From Octopus sinensis (taxonomy: Eukaryota), in the NCBI RefSeq assembly GCF_006345805.1, contig NC_043010.1:54002001-54066000 (forward strand): a stretch of 64,000 bases of DNA. Reading direction: 5' to 3'. The position numbers and the translations under genes were made by a program. Positions 13,258 to 27,500 of the stretch are shown here, piece after piece; position 1 is the first letter of the stretch; every line of letters starts with the position of its first letter. The notes under the pieces were generated by a model. It saw nothing but the letters and a program-made list of their open reading frames with translations, ran no database searches and had not been told where the DNA came from.

Positions 13258-13258
13258 G
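13120..13258. repeat. (TA)n block
   Basis: Direct read. Confidence 0.95.
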
Positions 13259-14726
13259 TAGTGAGTGCTGAATGTTCACAAATAATTGCCGTCTCTGTGA
13301 GAACATTCATTCTCCATGACATTTCCGACCTCTCAACCATAAGCTTTCATATAGCCTTTCAGTTTCGCTGCATATCAGCATAGTTTGAAGCCTTTGGTTA
13401 AGGGAAAATATAATTTATTGCGTCAATTTTTAGAATATGATTTTTGTGTACTGTAATATGTTTTTTTGAAAATCTAAAATCAACTTGCAAACTTTATTCA
13501 CTCCATTTGAATCATCGGGTTCATAAATTTTCTTATGTTATAGGTAAAACATCGTACACATTGGCTTCAAAAAAGCCTAGAAATTAGATGTAGGAATGTT
13601 ATATGGTTTACAGCCCATTTTGCCTTGAATGTTTGGATAAAGATGTCAAATTCTTGGTACACTTAGTCGATTAACATTCTAAGTATAAGAAAATATTCAA
13701 AGGATGTTTTCTGAATGTTTCCTACAGCTGCATCGATGATATAAAAAGAGACCATTTCTCGTACACCATCCAAGATGGAACTTGCAGACTTGAAACAGCA
13801 AGAACGCAAAATACATAACCACTAGACCAGACACGTTGGTTAGCGCAGTCATGTTTGAAACGGATGTCTGCTCCGTCCGACAAATAAGGGAACCAGAAAA
13901 ACATTGGGATGTGAGAAATTTGATTTAAAGAGAGATACGCCCCACACCAATGTTCTTTATACTTCCCCCACCAACGAATTCCGAAGTACAAAGCTCACCC
14001 ATAACGTCTGCAACTCAAAGGGTATTAGTAGACACTACATGACATTTTATGAAGCATTGCAGAACGTTTTAGGCCATACATGATCGGAAAACAAAAATGC
14101 GTTTTCTGTATTAGTGACTTAACTGATATCAATTTGAAATGAAAGAATCACTGACATTCTGAAATCGTTACATGGTGTTGGTATCAGTTTGATAGCGATG
14201 ATGACACACCTGCTTAGATTCAAAGCTTAAGGCATTTTATATCTCCTCATATCATCTACCTCATCTAGGATAGTTCGTTAACCACAACTAGTTAAATTTA
14301 AAAAAACAATATACAGGTTTAAATGAGCATAACTACCTCAGAGCTTTTCTTAATGGTTATTCGTAATTTTTCTCTCTTATGGAGAATCTATATTATTTGA
14401 GGCTGAACTATTGTCGAAACGTACACGTTACGCTATCCACTCCCGAATTTTAGTACAACATTCCCGCATAAAACTCGCAAGGTCTCAAGTATAACACCTG
14501 GATTCATTATATGATATTGACCATTGGGGCCATTATATGATATTGACACTTAGGGGGAAAGAGTTTATTTTTAGTGAACCTTTCAGGAAGTGAAAGTACA
14601 TTTTATATATCGGTGTATATATGTTTGTCACTGTGCATATATGGGCGATTGTGCGTGCATGTGTGTATGTGTGCGAGTGAATGTGAGTGCGTGTATTCTA
14701 TTCATGTACATATATATGTATATATA

Positions 14727-14789
<63 letters not shown>

Positions 14790-14928
14790 TGTATTTAGGA
14801 CTGGTCATTTTTTGCCAAATAAACACATGGATTATATATTCTTTCTTCACTCGGTTATTACTGTTGTTACTCTTACCCATGTCCCTTGTCCGTAAATCTT
14901 TCGTCACGCATCTATTACCTCTTCAGCG

Positions 14929-14991
<63 letters not shown>

Positions 14992-15059
14992 ATATATATA
15001 TATATAAACATACATATATGTACGTACCTACCTCTACATGTATATATACACGCATATAT

Positions 15060-15420
15060 GGGTACAGGACACCAAAAGAAAATAAAACGTCGAACACAAT
15101 GAGAAACGAAAACATAAACAAAAAACCAAGGAACTGGACATTTTTCTTAAACAACAAAGAAATAAAGTACAGGACAAATAACACAAGGACAATTCCCCTT
15201 CTTCAGTCGCCATGGTTTCATCTACTCTGCATTTCAAAGGTGAAGGCGATACGCATCTTCGATAGAAACTTCCTTCCCGCGAAAAGCAAATTAAATAAAA
15301 TTCGAGATCTTTTTGCGGAGGGGTAAAATGGTAACAAAAACAGGACAGTAACGACAGTACAAAATATAAACAGCAAAAGACAGGACAAGGTGAATAACAA
15401 GGCAAGAAGGACTGTATAGC
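15060..15420 (-). mobile_element. Unclassified dispersed repeat, homologous to 20085-20225
   Basis: Reverse complement gagtagatgaaaccatggcgactgaagaaggggaattgtccttgtgttatttgtcctgt aligns with gagtagatagacagccgacaactgatgaagggtcgttctttctgttacttgtcctgt at ~20085. Confidence 0.6.
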
Positions 15421-16234
15421 AAATATATGTACACACATTTATACACATTTAGATGCCACACAAATGCTGCATTGTTCTGTTATATATATGTAAATATGTG
15501 CCGAAAAACCATTTTGACTAAATGTTGAGATATTAATTTTCAGCATTATATACCCTATTAAGGATGATTCACCATACTCAATTTAATCGAATTCTTCGTT
15601 TAAAGATAAGCAGCAATCCTTTTTCTTCTAGAAGACAAAGAACGAAGTGTTTTTCCGCGCGAATTCTGCAAGCCTACTGAGCATAAAGTGTGAGTTTGCA
15701 ATGATGTACTCGTTCGTCGCCAAGACGCGAGTGATGATGCCATAGTATTTGACTACGCGTGGATAAACTTTCTAAATATGTTACACGACAGAGAGTCACA
15801 CCAATACATTGTAGATCCAGTGTGAGACGCAATGTCTTCTACAGTGCCAAACACATAGGTCTCAGAGAGCATCAATCTATGTCACTAACAAGAATACTGC
15901 TGCTACAATGACGAAGATTGAAAGAATCACACTCATTAAGGCCATAGTATCAAACAGCCCGAATGGTGAAACAGAAAGTATGTTATGGTGAAATATAGTA
16001 GATAATGCTGGAAAGAAGAGCAGAGGTAGAAACATGTTGAAGTGTGAAACATTATGTACCGGGTCGATGTTGATCTCTCATACTTAGAAGAAACGACTGA
16101 ATGTCCTTTGGGAAATTGTATGAACCCGAATGGTCTGTATGCTAGAATCACAAGGTAAGGTCAAGCAGTTAATTTGTTAAACATATTAAATGTCGGCGAA
16201 GATCTTGTAAATCATGATAGCGGACTGTAAATAA

Positions 16235-16570
<336 letters not shown>

Positions 16571-17274
16571 TCTTTCCATCTGTCAGTTTGTCTTTATTTC
16601 GATTTGTTTCTCTGCCTGTCCGTCTAAATCACTCTATGATTATATTAAAAAAAAAGCAAATCGAAAATAAAAACGAAAGCAAATAGAAAAGTAAAAAGAA
16701 AATAATAACTAGATATAAAAAACATAAAAATTATAAATCATTCTGGACAGCCGGAAAAAGAGATTGACGCATTGACGCAAAGAGACATATATGCTGATTC
16801 TTTGAACGGTAAAGGCCTACCTATATCGTGATCGATTTGAAACCAAACATACACATAGCAGAACTGATAGTTTTTTGAATTTCAAAACAGCTCAGAAGAG
16901 AATTTATCAATAATAACAAAACTAGCAGATGAGTCTATAATTATTCGTTAGTTAAGTTACTTTAACTTCAATTTATCAAAATACTTAGCAAATAAATATT
17001 CTTTTAACCTCAGTCAGTTTCATAACATTTTGATGGTTCTATCTATATATCTATGTATCCATCCATCTTTTTGTTTCCTTCTTGCTTTCTTTTTGTCTGT
17101 ATTTCTGTCTGTATGTCCGTCTTTCTTTCGGTCTGCTTCCCGTCTGTCCGTCTAAATCACTATCTCCATCAACTAAGACGTCGATACGCTTAAATATTAA
17201 AGCGTACACTAGCATCAAAACTAAAAGTGACATTCATAATGCCATAATACACACACATAAATACAGGTACACAC

Positions 17275-17721
<447 letters not shown>

Positions 17722-18131
17722 TTATATATATATATATATATATCGATATATGCGTGTGTGAGTATCTGTAAATGTTTATGTGTGTGCGTGTGCAAGTATG
17801 TTTGTGAGATTCTCGCCATCGATTATTTCATTCTTACCATCTCTCTTTCACGCTTGCTTCTGTTCAGCAATTCGTCTCTCCACCCTCGTCTTTCTCAAAT
17901 ACACTAACCTACAATTTCAAGTACAAATCAATTCATATATTAAAAACAAAATTTTTGAAAAAACCCGCAGGCCAAATAATGTATTAACTATCTGTCTACA
18001 TCACCAGAACTGAAAAGGAAAATGGAAGATAAAGCCGTTCCAACGCACAAATATACATATACACATGCACAACACGTTCAGAGACCCGCGTCCCCACACA
18101 CGCACACACAAACACATACACCCACACAAAC

Positions 18132-18159
<28 letters not shown>

Positions 18160-18180
<21 letters not shown>

Positions 18181-18412
18181 CATGATATATATATATATAT
18201 GAACATGTATATACATATATATATAAATGTATATATATATGTAAATATATATATGTTTATATGCATGTGTGTATATATATTGCATTATTACTTTACCTGG
18301 ATATATTCATAATTGTGTATTTTAATGTCTCTCTATAAATGCGTGTACATCCACGTTTCAATGAGGTCGTGAGTGTATATGCGTGTATATATGTATATAT
18401 ATATATATATAT

Positions 18413-18449
<37 letters not shown>

Positions 18450-18627
18450 GTATATATATTTATATATGTGTATATATATATATGTATATATGTATATATA
18501 TATATGTGTGTATATATATATATATGTGCACGTATATATATATAACCACATATATATGTATATGCATGTGTATATATATATGTGCACATATATATATATA
18601 TATAACCACATATATATGTATATGCAC

Positions 18628-18675
<48 letters not shown>
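18160..18675. repeat. (TA)n-rich block with a ~60-bp internal tandem duplication (ataaccacatatatatgtatatgca twice)
   Basis: Direct read. Confidence 0.9.
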
Positions 18676-19474
18676 CAGGATGTATTGATACATATACGTA
18701 ACCATACTACGTGTGTGGGTGTGTAAGTTAGTCCATGTATGTTCGTACATAAACATTTTGTTTCAATGATTGAATATTTAAGCGGAAAAAGAAAAAAAAA
18801 TGCTATCTCCGTACACAATGAAAACCAGTAGAAAATTAGAAAATTAAGAAAATTTTAAATGAGGACAAATATAGTATCAATTATCACAAAAATAATTACA
18901 AATATTAAAGGAAACGGAGCGTATTCCTTTGTTATCTAATCACAAACATAATCATAATTAATTTTGTGATTCTGGAAGATGCATCCTTCTATGTAATGAA
19001 ATATTTTTATTGAAAGTCTCTAATGTATAAATACACATGGATAAATGTCCACACATATATACGTGTGCGCGTGTGTGTGTGTGTACATGTATATATATAT
19101 AAACATATGTATATACATGTATATATGCACATACACAAATTTGTACGTATAAGTACGTATATATATATGTGTATGTATGCATATATATATATATATATAC
19201 AGATATATATATTCATAATTACGAACACACGGACATACACAGATATATAGACTTCCATGTGAAATATATGCATGCATCTATCAATATGAATGTAAATATA
19301 TCTATACGTTTGGTGTGTGTACGTGTATACATTGTAAGATACATTAATTTGTGAATATATTCGGTATTCGAATAGCATTATATATATATGTATATATGTA
19401 TGAATATATGTATGTATATATGTAAGTATATATGTATGTATATATATGTATATATATATATATATGTATGTATG

Positions 19475-19509
<35 letters not shown>

Positions 19510-19618
19510 GTATATATATACATATATATATATAGATAGATATCGTTTTGAGTATGTGTATGTACATGAATGAGTGTGCTAGATATATTAATCAAAATAT
19601 TTAAAGTAGGAAGGAAAA

Positions 19619-19852
19619 TTAAATATCAATTCTACTAATTAAAATCCTGTGTAAAATCTTTTGTATCATAATAATTAAATCTTTTTTAGGTATAATACTA
19701 ACAAGTTTGAGGTGAAGGTATGAGTCACTAAGCACGAGGCTAGAACTTGAATAGTTTAACAATTCCGAGATACTAAAAAGCAAAATAGTCTTTGGTGCCA
19801 GTTGAACTTTGATTTTTTCTCCCCGAAGCTCTGTCTGCCAGAAATAATACAC
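19619..19852 (-). mobile_element. Possible decayed Penelope-like RT fragment
   Basis: YFWQTELRGEKIKVQLAPKTILL loosely resembles the PLE RT segment YxQxxGxAMGxxxAPxxANL; weak. Confidence 0.25.
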
Positions 19853-20084
19853 ATTTTTTTTTTATCGGATGTAAACGCTCTGTTCTTATTACGCTAGTAT
19901 TCTCATAAAGCAATATGTCCTGAAACAGACGTATATCCAATTCCAGGCCAGGTCTCGCCGTGTCTGAGCAAAATGTTCAAACATATATATAAATACTTCT
20001 CATTTAGGCACTAGCCCAAGCTTCGAGAAGGCGGTGCGACAATATACGTTATGGTGAAAGTGCTTTTGACTTACCCTCGTAGAG

Positions 20085-20225
20085 GAGTAGATAGACAGCC
20101 GACAACTGATGAAGGGTCGTTCTTTCTGTTACTTGTCCTGTTTTCAATTTTCTCTCTCTCGTTTCTTGCGCAATTTAACTCGCTTGTTTTCGTACTTCAT
20201 GTTGTTTACAGTTGGTGACGTCCTG
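20085..20225 (+). mobile_element. Unclassified dispersed repeat, homologous to 15060-15420
   Basis: See the 15060-15420 alignment. Confidence 0.6.
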
Positions 20226-20302
20226 TCAATTAGCATTTCCCCTTACTCACTTTATCAACGTTCCTCATCTATATTTTCAATGTACATTTTTATATGTTAT
20301 TG

Positions 20303-20618
20303 TTTTATGCGCCCTTTTCAAGCATAGCCAGGCTCATTGGCCCGGTTTCCCGGTTTCTGTGTCGTATGCGTTCCCCACCCCCACCCCAGCTGGACGGAAC
20401 GCCAGTCCATCGCAGCGTTACTCAAGAAAAATGAAGAGAGAGTTAGAGAAATTTGGGGTGATAGAGTACAACATGACTCGCTACCACCCCCTGCCAGAGC
20501 CTCGGGGAACTTTAGCTGTTTTCGCTCAATAAACACACAACGCCCGGTCTGGGAATCAAAACCGCGATCCTCCAACCGCGAGTCCGCTGCCCTAACCACT
20601 GGGCCATTGCGCCTCCAC
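20303..20618 (-). mobile_element. SINE family A, tail type 3
   Basis: Reverse complement colinear with 9031-9345. Confidence 0.9.
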
Positions 20619-20646
20619 ATATTTTTATACAGATATTTTTTATACA

Positions 20647-20873
20647 GGGCGGCGAGCTGGTAGAAACGTTAGCACGCCGTCGAAATGCGTAGCCGTATTT
20701 CGTCTGCCATTACGTTCTGAGTTCAAATTCCACCGAGGTCGACTTTGCCTTTCATCCTTTCGGGGTCGATAAATTAAGTACCAGTTACGCACTGGGGTCG
20801 ACGTGATCGACTTAATCCGTTTGTCTGTCCTTGTTTGTCCCGTCTGTGTTTAACCCCTTGTGGGTAGTAAAGA
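20647..20873 (+). mobile_element. SINE family B, full length
   Basis: ggcggcgagctggtagaaacgttagcacgcc head, gagttcaaattcc B box, tail ccttgtgggtagtaaagaa. Confidence 0.9.
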
Positions 20874-21673
20874 ATTAATTTTTTATATAGATTTCTGTTA
20901 TAAAACATATTGTAACCTATATATAATATATGTAGAAATCATCAATCTATATTAATTGGTATCTCATAAAAGTTCACTGTCACAGTCTCAAACTTTCTCT
21001 CAGCATTTGACATTAGATGGTTTCTAACATAACATTGCTACCATCTAAATATACTTGCGAATATGTTAGTTACGGAAGAAAGGAATATTGAAACATTCAA
21101 CTCTGTTGCTACGCAAAAAAAACTTTTACAAGAAAATACATTCTATCTTGCTTTTAAAAGAATATTATAGTTGGACTCATACAGATATCAAAATAAATGT
21201 TTTCCGTGGTTCTAATATAGATAGAGAAAAAATATATTTCATACACAAGGAGACAAACTGTCCAGAAACCAGCATGTGGTGCTTATTGTTTTCGTCATAG
21301 ATTTTAGTGATAATATATCATAAAAGCCTATTGTGCCAAGAGTGTCATTCTTTATGATGAAACTTGGAATGATGTGGTTGAAAAACAATGTTATTATCTA
21401 CAGAACCATCAAACTATCAATACACATATACGTAAATACATTTACCGGTCACTCATACTTACATGCAGGCTTACGTGTGTGTATATGTGTGTGTGCACGC
21501 GCGCTTATGTAAGTGAACATGGGCACACTTTCACATCTGTTTCTCTATCGTTATATTTACAAATATATATATATATATATTTGTGTGTGTGCTTGCGTGT
21601 GTGCGCGCGCCAGTGAGTGGACATGAGCACACTTCCACATCTCTCTCTCTCTCCCTATTTCTCTCTCTCTCTT

Positions 21674-21720
<47 letters not shown>

Positions 21721-22346
21721 TATATATAATATATATTATATATATATAATAGAAATATTAAAATTACTAAGTCTCTCTAAAGGAGATTACGGCAGCGTTA
21801 CTGGACGCAGGTTCGTGTGTCAAATAGCTAGCTTGAGGCGGTGGCCTCTTGGAGCTAATCAGCGACAGCTTTTGTCTTATATTTATAAGACTGCCATATT
21901 AGTATGGCGATAACTATGTATTATATATTAATTATATATTATATATTAATTTGAGCGGTGGCAATGCGAGCAGGAACTAAACGAACATTACTAAGATCCA
22001 CACACGAAGATCAAATATATTCATATATTCATTTATATCTACAGAACGGATATAAAATCCGACATATTTAAATATAATAATATATATAAATATATAAGAA
22101 TCAGTGTATAACTTTACACTTAAAGTTATAAAACATTGGTAAATTAAAAATTTGGGATAATAAAACATATAAAGGACATATTAAAATTCCAGAAAAAAAT
22201 ACAGAAAAAATACAAAAATACAAAAATTACAAAATTACAACTCCAGTCGCTATTATATTTTGAGTATTGTTATTACTAGCTAACTCAAGATATAACTGTG
22301 TATTTTGTATTTTATACACACATACACACACACATACACACACACA

Positions 22347-22399
<53 letters not shown>

Positions 22400-22560
22400 C
22401 ATATGTTTATGTGTACGTGTGTGTTTGTGTGTATGGCAGTCGCATGCGTTTGTGTAATATATTAAAATACATACATCATGAGAATAAAACGGATTGTAAA
22501 TTATGAAGTAATACAGGAGCAATAAAGATTAACTCATACTATTCTGTAATGTAACTAGAC

Positions 22561-22859
22561 CAGGAATTCCCAACCATATTTCTTTCTCTATGGACCCCTT
22601 TGATTGCTATTTCATTCTGGTGGGTCCTCATTGCCATTCGATATTTAAAAAAAGATAGTTTTATATAATGCTATTTATTCATGTTTTCACACATTAATTT
22701 GTGCAAGTTGAATTATGTAAAATGTTAGAGAAAGAAATCAAGCTGCTTCTTCTGATACATACCGATATCTAAAGCCAAATCATTTCAGGGTCCCTTAAAA
22801 TACTATTGTGGATCCCCGATTTCCTATTTTGTTGTGTGGACCTCCAGAAATCTCCCCTG
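22561..22859. mobile_element. hAT (Charlie-type) MITE with 8-bp TSD
   Basis: Starts caggaattcccaacc and ends cccctg (right TIR partly lost); flanked by aactagac (22553-22560) and atctagac (22860-22867); subterminal tggacccc-type repeats. Confidence 0.7.
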
Positions 22860-22964
22860 ATCTAGACCCTAGCTGCCCAACATCCGGCCTACGGGGCGAA
22901 TCCGGCTTACGAAACCTTAGAATCCGGCCCGTTAGTCGTTGTTCAGCTTTTTTCCTTAATAGTA

Positions 22965-23358
22965 CTGGAACTGGAAGCACTCCGTCGGTTACGACGACGA
23001 GGGTTCCGGTTGATCCGAATCAACGGAACAGCCTGCTCGTGAAATTAACGTGTAAGTGGCTGAGCACTCCACAGACACGTGCACCCTTAACGTAGTTCTC
23101 GGGGATATTCAGCGTGACACAGAGAGTGACAAGGCCGGCCCTTTGAAATACAGGTACAACAGAAACAGGAAGTAAGAGTGAGAGAAAGTTGTGGTGAAAG
23201 AGTACAGCAGGGATCACCACCATGCCTGCCGGAGCCTCGTGCAGCTTTTAGGTGTTTTCGCTCAATAAACACTCACAACGCCCGGTCTGGGAATCGAAAC
23301 CGCGATCCTATGACCGCGAGTCCGCTGCCCTAACCACTGGGCCATTGCGCCTCCACTC
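22965..23358 (-). mobile_element. SINE family A, tail type 2, full length with 11-bp TSD
   Basis: TSD ccttaatagta at 22954-22964 and 23359-23369; intact A and B boxes; 3' end ccgacggagtgc(ttccag)2. Confidence 0.95.
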
Positions 23359-23693
23359 CCTTAATAGTAACACATAAGCTTACTACTATTATTTTTCTTT
23401 GTTTATAAAATATTATTGGCTGCCAATAAACAGTTCTCCAAGCAGCACGCTACTCTGCGCTCAGTGTGCCTTGTGTGGACATAGCGGTCACCATAGAAAT
23501 AAATTTCAGGATTTGTTTGTCCATCTTACTGGAAGCTCATCGCTTGCAAAAGTGTGGACCCTCTCCTAGGGGGGTGGCATGGCATATGTGCTTTTTCAAA
23601 TCTACTCCAGCACAACCTTTTATACGGAAACCTTCTGTAAGCGATGAGTGAATTAATTTGTTTTTCAGAATAAATTTCAAATTTTGTTTATCC

Positions 23694-25636
23694 ATGGCGT
23701 CGGCTAGAAAAATCAGAATTGTAGACAAGGAGAATCGCAGGTTTAACGAGGCATGGAGAAATTTGTATTTCTTTGTGGAATCAAATACAAAATGTCTCTG
23801 CCTGGTTTGTGGTGAAATAGTCGCAGTTGCAAAAGCTGAGAATGTGAAACGGCATTACACTTTAAAGCACACTTCAACCCATAATTGCTATGAATGAGAT
23901 CGATGCAAGGACAGAATGTTTTTACTTCAAAGGAAATTTGTCTCGCAACAGAACATTTTTCGGAAAATAGATGATGAATCGAGAAAATACGCCAGCATAT
24001 CTGAAGGAGATTTTGTCAATTTTTGTCAATTTTAATCACGTCCGTGATTAAAATTCTATGCCGAGAGAAGGAGAAAGCTATAAAATGTGCTAGCATGTCA
24101 CGTAATACTATGAACGAAGAACTGAAGAACTGGGAGGAAATATGAAAATGCAATTGAATGAACTTTGTAAAAACGTAGAAGCACTGCTATCGACGAACCT
24201 CACTGACTTTACTGATTCACCACAACTGGCGATTTTCGTGAGAGATGTTTATTGAAGTTTTAATATCACTGAAGAGTTACTTGCTTTATGCGCTATAACA
24301 GGAAATTGCACAGGCGCTGCTGTTTTCAAAGAAATCTATACTGCACTCCAAAAAGCGGGAACGACTTACAATCGCCTGGTGGGAATTCTACCAATGGTGT
24401 ACTGGCGATGATCGGCAAGGAACAAGGATTGCGTGGTTTCATCCAAAGGAAACTAAAATCCTTGAGATATGTAGGGGTCAAATATTGCTGTACCATTGTA
24501 TTCTACTTCAGGAATCACTTGGCTCCAAAATCATTAAGTTTGTTCATGTCATGGGATAATATCGTGAAAGCCGTCAATTGGTGTACTGGTGATGATCGGC
24601 AAGGAATAAAGATTGCGTGGTTTCTTCTAAAGGAAACTAAAATCCCTGAGATGAGTAGGGATCAAATATTGCTGTACCATTGTATTCTACTTCAGGAATC
24701 ACTTTGCTCCAAAATCATTAAGTTTGATCATGTCATGGGATAATATCGTGAAAGCTGTCAATTTCATTCGGAACCGTGCATTAAATCATTGACAGTTTCG
24801 AAATTTTCTTGATGGGATAAACGCCAAATACGCTGCCTTTCCTTACGTTACTAAGATCAGGTGACTCAGCCGTGGCCGTACTTTGAAACGGTTTTACGAT
24901 ATTCGAGACCATGTGGCAGCACTTCTTGAACCAAAAGGAAATTCGTGCATAAATTTGATGACGACAAATGAATGAATGATTTTTTTTTCTGGTGGACATT
25001 ACAGACAAATTGAATGAGTTGAATGTGCGGTTACAAGGAAAAGAAAACCTCTTCCATAATTTGTTTCGGAAGGCAGAAGCTTTCCAAAAGGAACTGGATT
25101 TGAAGGTTGCTCAGATTGCTGATAGAAGTTATGCTCACTTTCCTTGCCTTCAGGAACAGTCGCACATTTCAACCATAAACCTGAAATTATTTGAGAGCGA
25201 GTTAAAACGGATTCAAGAAGAATTTGCCAGATTTAAAGATTTCCATGCTTGTGAGTCCAGCTGAAAAGTTTTTAATGCCTTTTTCACGTGGACTCTACAG
25301 ATGCCCACCTTGAGCTTCAAATGGAATTGAATTAATTTCAAAGTGACATTGATTTTCAAGAGTCAGAAATTACATAGGAATCTGATGGACTCCTACAAAT
25401 ATGGTCTGCCTTTCACTCAATGCCCAAATCTTAATTGCTACTCAAAATACTTTCTCGTTTTTTTTCGGTTCGACATGAATATGTGAATACCTCTTCAGTC
25501 GCATGTCATCGAACAAAAGAAATTCTTTGAGTGATGCTCACCTCGAAAATGAACTCCCACTGGCCTTAACAATTATTCCGGCAGACACTGAAAATTGTTT
25601 CTTGATGACTCGAAACAATTTCAAGTTTCTCATTGA
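23694..25636 (+). pseudogene. hAT transposase pseudogene (GTF2IRD2/EPM2AIP1-like)
   Basis: N-terminus MASARKIRIVDKENRRFNEAWRNLYFFVESNTKCLCLVCGEIVAVAKAENVKRHYTLKH (BED-like zinc finger); TNGVLAMIG (degenerate TDGAPAMIG); HCILLQESLC; DITDKLNELNVRLQGK; C-terminus FGST*ICEYLFSRM...HLENEL...QVSH*. Many stops and frameshifts. Confidence 0.9.
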
Positions 25637-26779
25637 TATTTTCGTTCATTATACATCCCAAATGAAATTATTTTATTATTGAATTAAATGACATTTGAAC
25701 AAATGTTTTCTTCTTAAATCTTGATCAGTTGTTGAATTTATTTTGTAGAATGTAAAGTTATGAGTAAAATTATTTTCTATTATCATATACATGTAATATC
25801 TGGAGGCTATAATTTTTATGATAGCTATGACAAAGTAGATGTAGCATCATATGTATGTATAAATTAAGTTATAAATAATAATTATATAATGAGTAATTTC
25901 TATAAATAAAATAATAAAATCAATATTTACATTTCTGAATACTTTTTCAAACAATTTGAAGTAGCTGTATATAAAAAAATGAAAGACTAGAAATATGAGT
26001 CCGCACCACTGGCGTCGTTTTTTCTTAGATTCGGTCCTTGTTCGGAAAAGTATTTTCTGAACGAAGCTCATTCATTCCCATAAACACTTATCGATCAAGC
26101 CTAAGATCAAATTCTCTCAGCCGTAACAGTTTCCTGTGATTCTTATGTTGCGGGAACATTGTAGGTCATTTCCTAACGTGATGGTGTTATTTGATGTACA
26201 TATGACGGTTCTTCCTCTCTGGTGAAGTGATGACACAGTGGCTGTAAATTTGTCCCATTAAAATACGAGATATGCACTTCCTTTGATATTTAGGCAGTTA
26301 TATAATTATATTAGAATTGACGAAAAAATGTGAACTATACAATTAGATAAACCATTCGAGTAAAAAGCAAACAAAACATTCTTTGTTGAGCGAATACGAA
26401 CGATTAGTAATACAGGGACCACTTTAGTTGAGCCGTTCTTTGGTGATACTTCAGGGTAACCTCACTTTTACAGATATAAACTGCATCAAAACAAGATACA
26501 TATTTTCGCAGATATATGCCAAATGCTGCACAGAAACACACGCGCAGATACATAGATAAACACGAAAAGCCACCCGCAAACAAACACACAGATAAGCAGA
26601 TATACATAAAGCTACACACACACACACAAGAACACACACATATACCTAGATACATAAACATTCCCATCCCATTCATCCATCCATACATCCATACATCAAT
26701 CCATCCTTCCATCCATTTATCTAGGTCGTCTGTCCTCTCCTCTTAGGAGTGGTTTCGCTGTAGAGTCATAAGAACTGTC

Positions 26780-27500
26780 CTTTATAGGGACCTATCAAAA
26801 TCAACGTTCAATAGGGTTTCATCTAGCCGTGACCAACTGTGTCTATGTAAATTCACCAGCCATCCCGTTCTAGGTTAATTTTAGCTTTCCTGTCGGTTGT
26901 CTCGGCTTCAAGAATTCATTTTACTATTCTTTCCTGTGACATTCTGATCAATTGTCTGAAGTGCCGGAACTGTAACCTCTCAGTGTGGAGAAGAAGCGGC
27001 TCGAGCCGGAAAGCCAACCTTACCGCCGAGATATGCATCTCAATTAAGTGACGTCACTCCAGAAATCCTTCTGCACACCCCAGTTTGGTAGCTTTTATTC
27101 GCGATCGCACACCCTCGGGCATTAACCAGTATTCGTGAACATAGTTAGGGATAGGAACGAAAATCGAATTGAAGATTGTCAGTTTAGTTTCTCATAGCAA
27201 CTTCACCTTCTCGGAGGATCGAATGCTGCACCTTATGTACTACTGAGTTACCAGCTCCAATTCTAACATCCTATCCAGCTTTTTGTTCCTCATCACTCGT
27301 AAATATGGCCTCCGCCGACTTCTCTACTTGCCTCAGTTATGTTTTACTCACAACCAGAGTGCACTGGAAAATCTATCTTGAAAGGGCCAATGTCTCCGTC
27401 TTCGTAACATTAATTATCATCCCTGTGTTGCAGTACATGGCAGCACATCCATTCAGTATATACTGAAGACCACCTCTTGATGAGCCAACTAATATCATTT
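26780..27500 (-). mobile_element. RTE-clade LINE, decayed RT/C-terminal fragment
   Basis: Minus-strand reading GLQYILNGCAAMYCNTGMIINVTKTETLALSR...LRQVEK...DVRIG...IFNSIFVP...HEYW.M.EGVRSRIKA...LIRMSQERIVK follows the RTE ORF2 consensus (GMKISxxKTE; VEKFKYLG; TYGHECW; RMSQER) with stops. Confidence 0.8.

Larger units (their letters stand above)
22868..26060 (+). mobile_element. Decayed autonomous hAT (Charlie/SPIN/GTF2IRD2-type) DNA transposon; right end uncertain
   Basis: Left end cctagctgcccaacatccggcc...gaatccggc...aatccggcccg resembles Charlie-type TIR and subterminal repeats; contains the transposase relic at 23694-25636. Confidence 0.7.

Noticed and set aside
14395-14425. Possible hammerhead (ggc...gtc-GAAACGTA)
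   Set aside because: Only TGA of the CUGANGA core is present; too degenerate.
20104-20140. CTGATGAAGGG motif (also CTGAAGAAGGG at ~15200 on minus) as a hammerhead
   Set aside because: I found no matching stem II closure or GAAA downstream in either copy.
25990-26070. Right TIR and TSD of the large hAT element
   Set aside because: Only a faint resemblance (gattcggtcc...aaaagt...ctg) and no atctagac-like 8-mer, so the boundary is left approximate.
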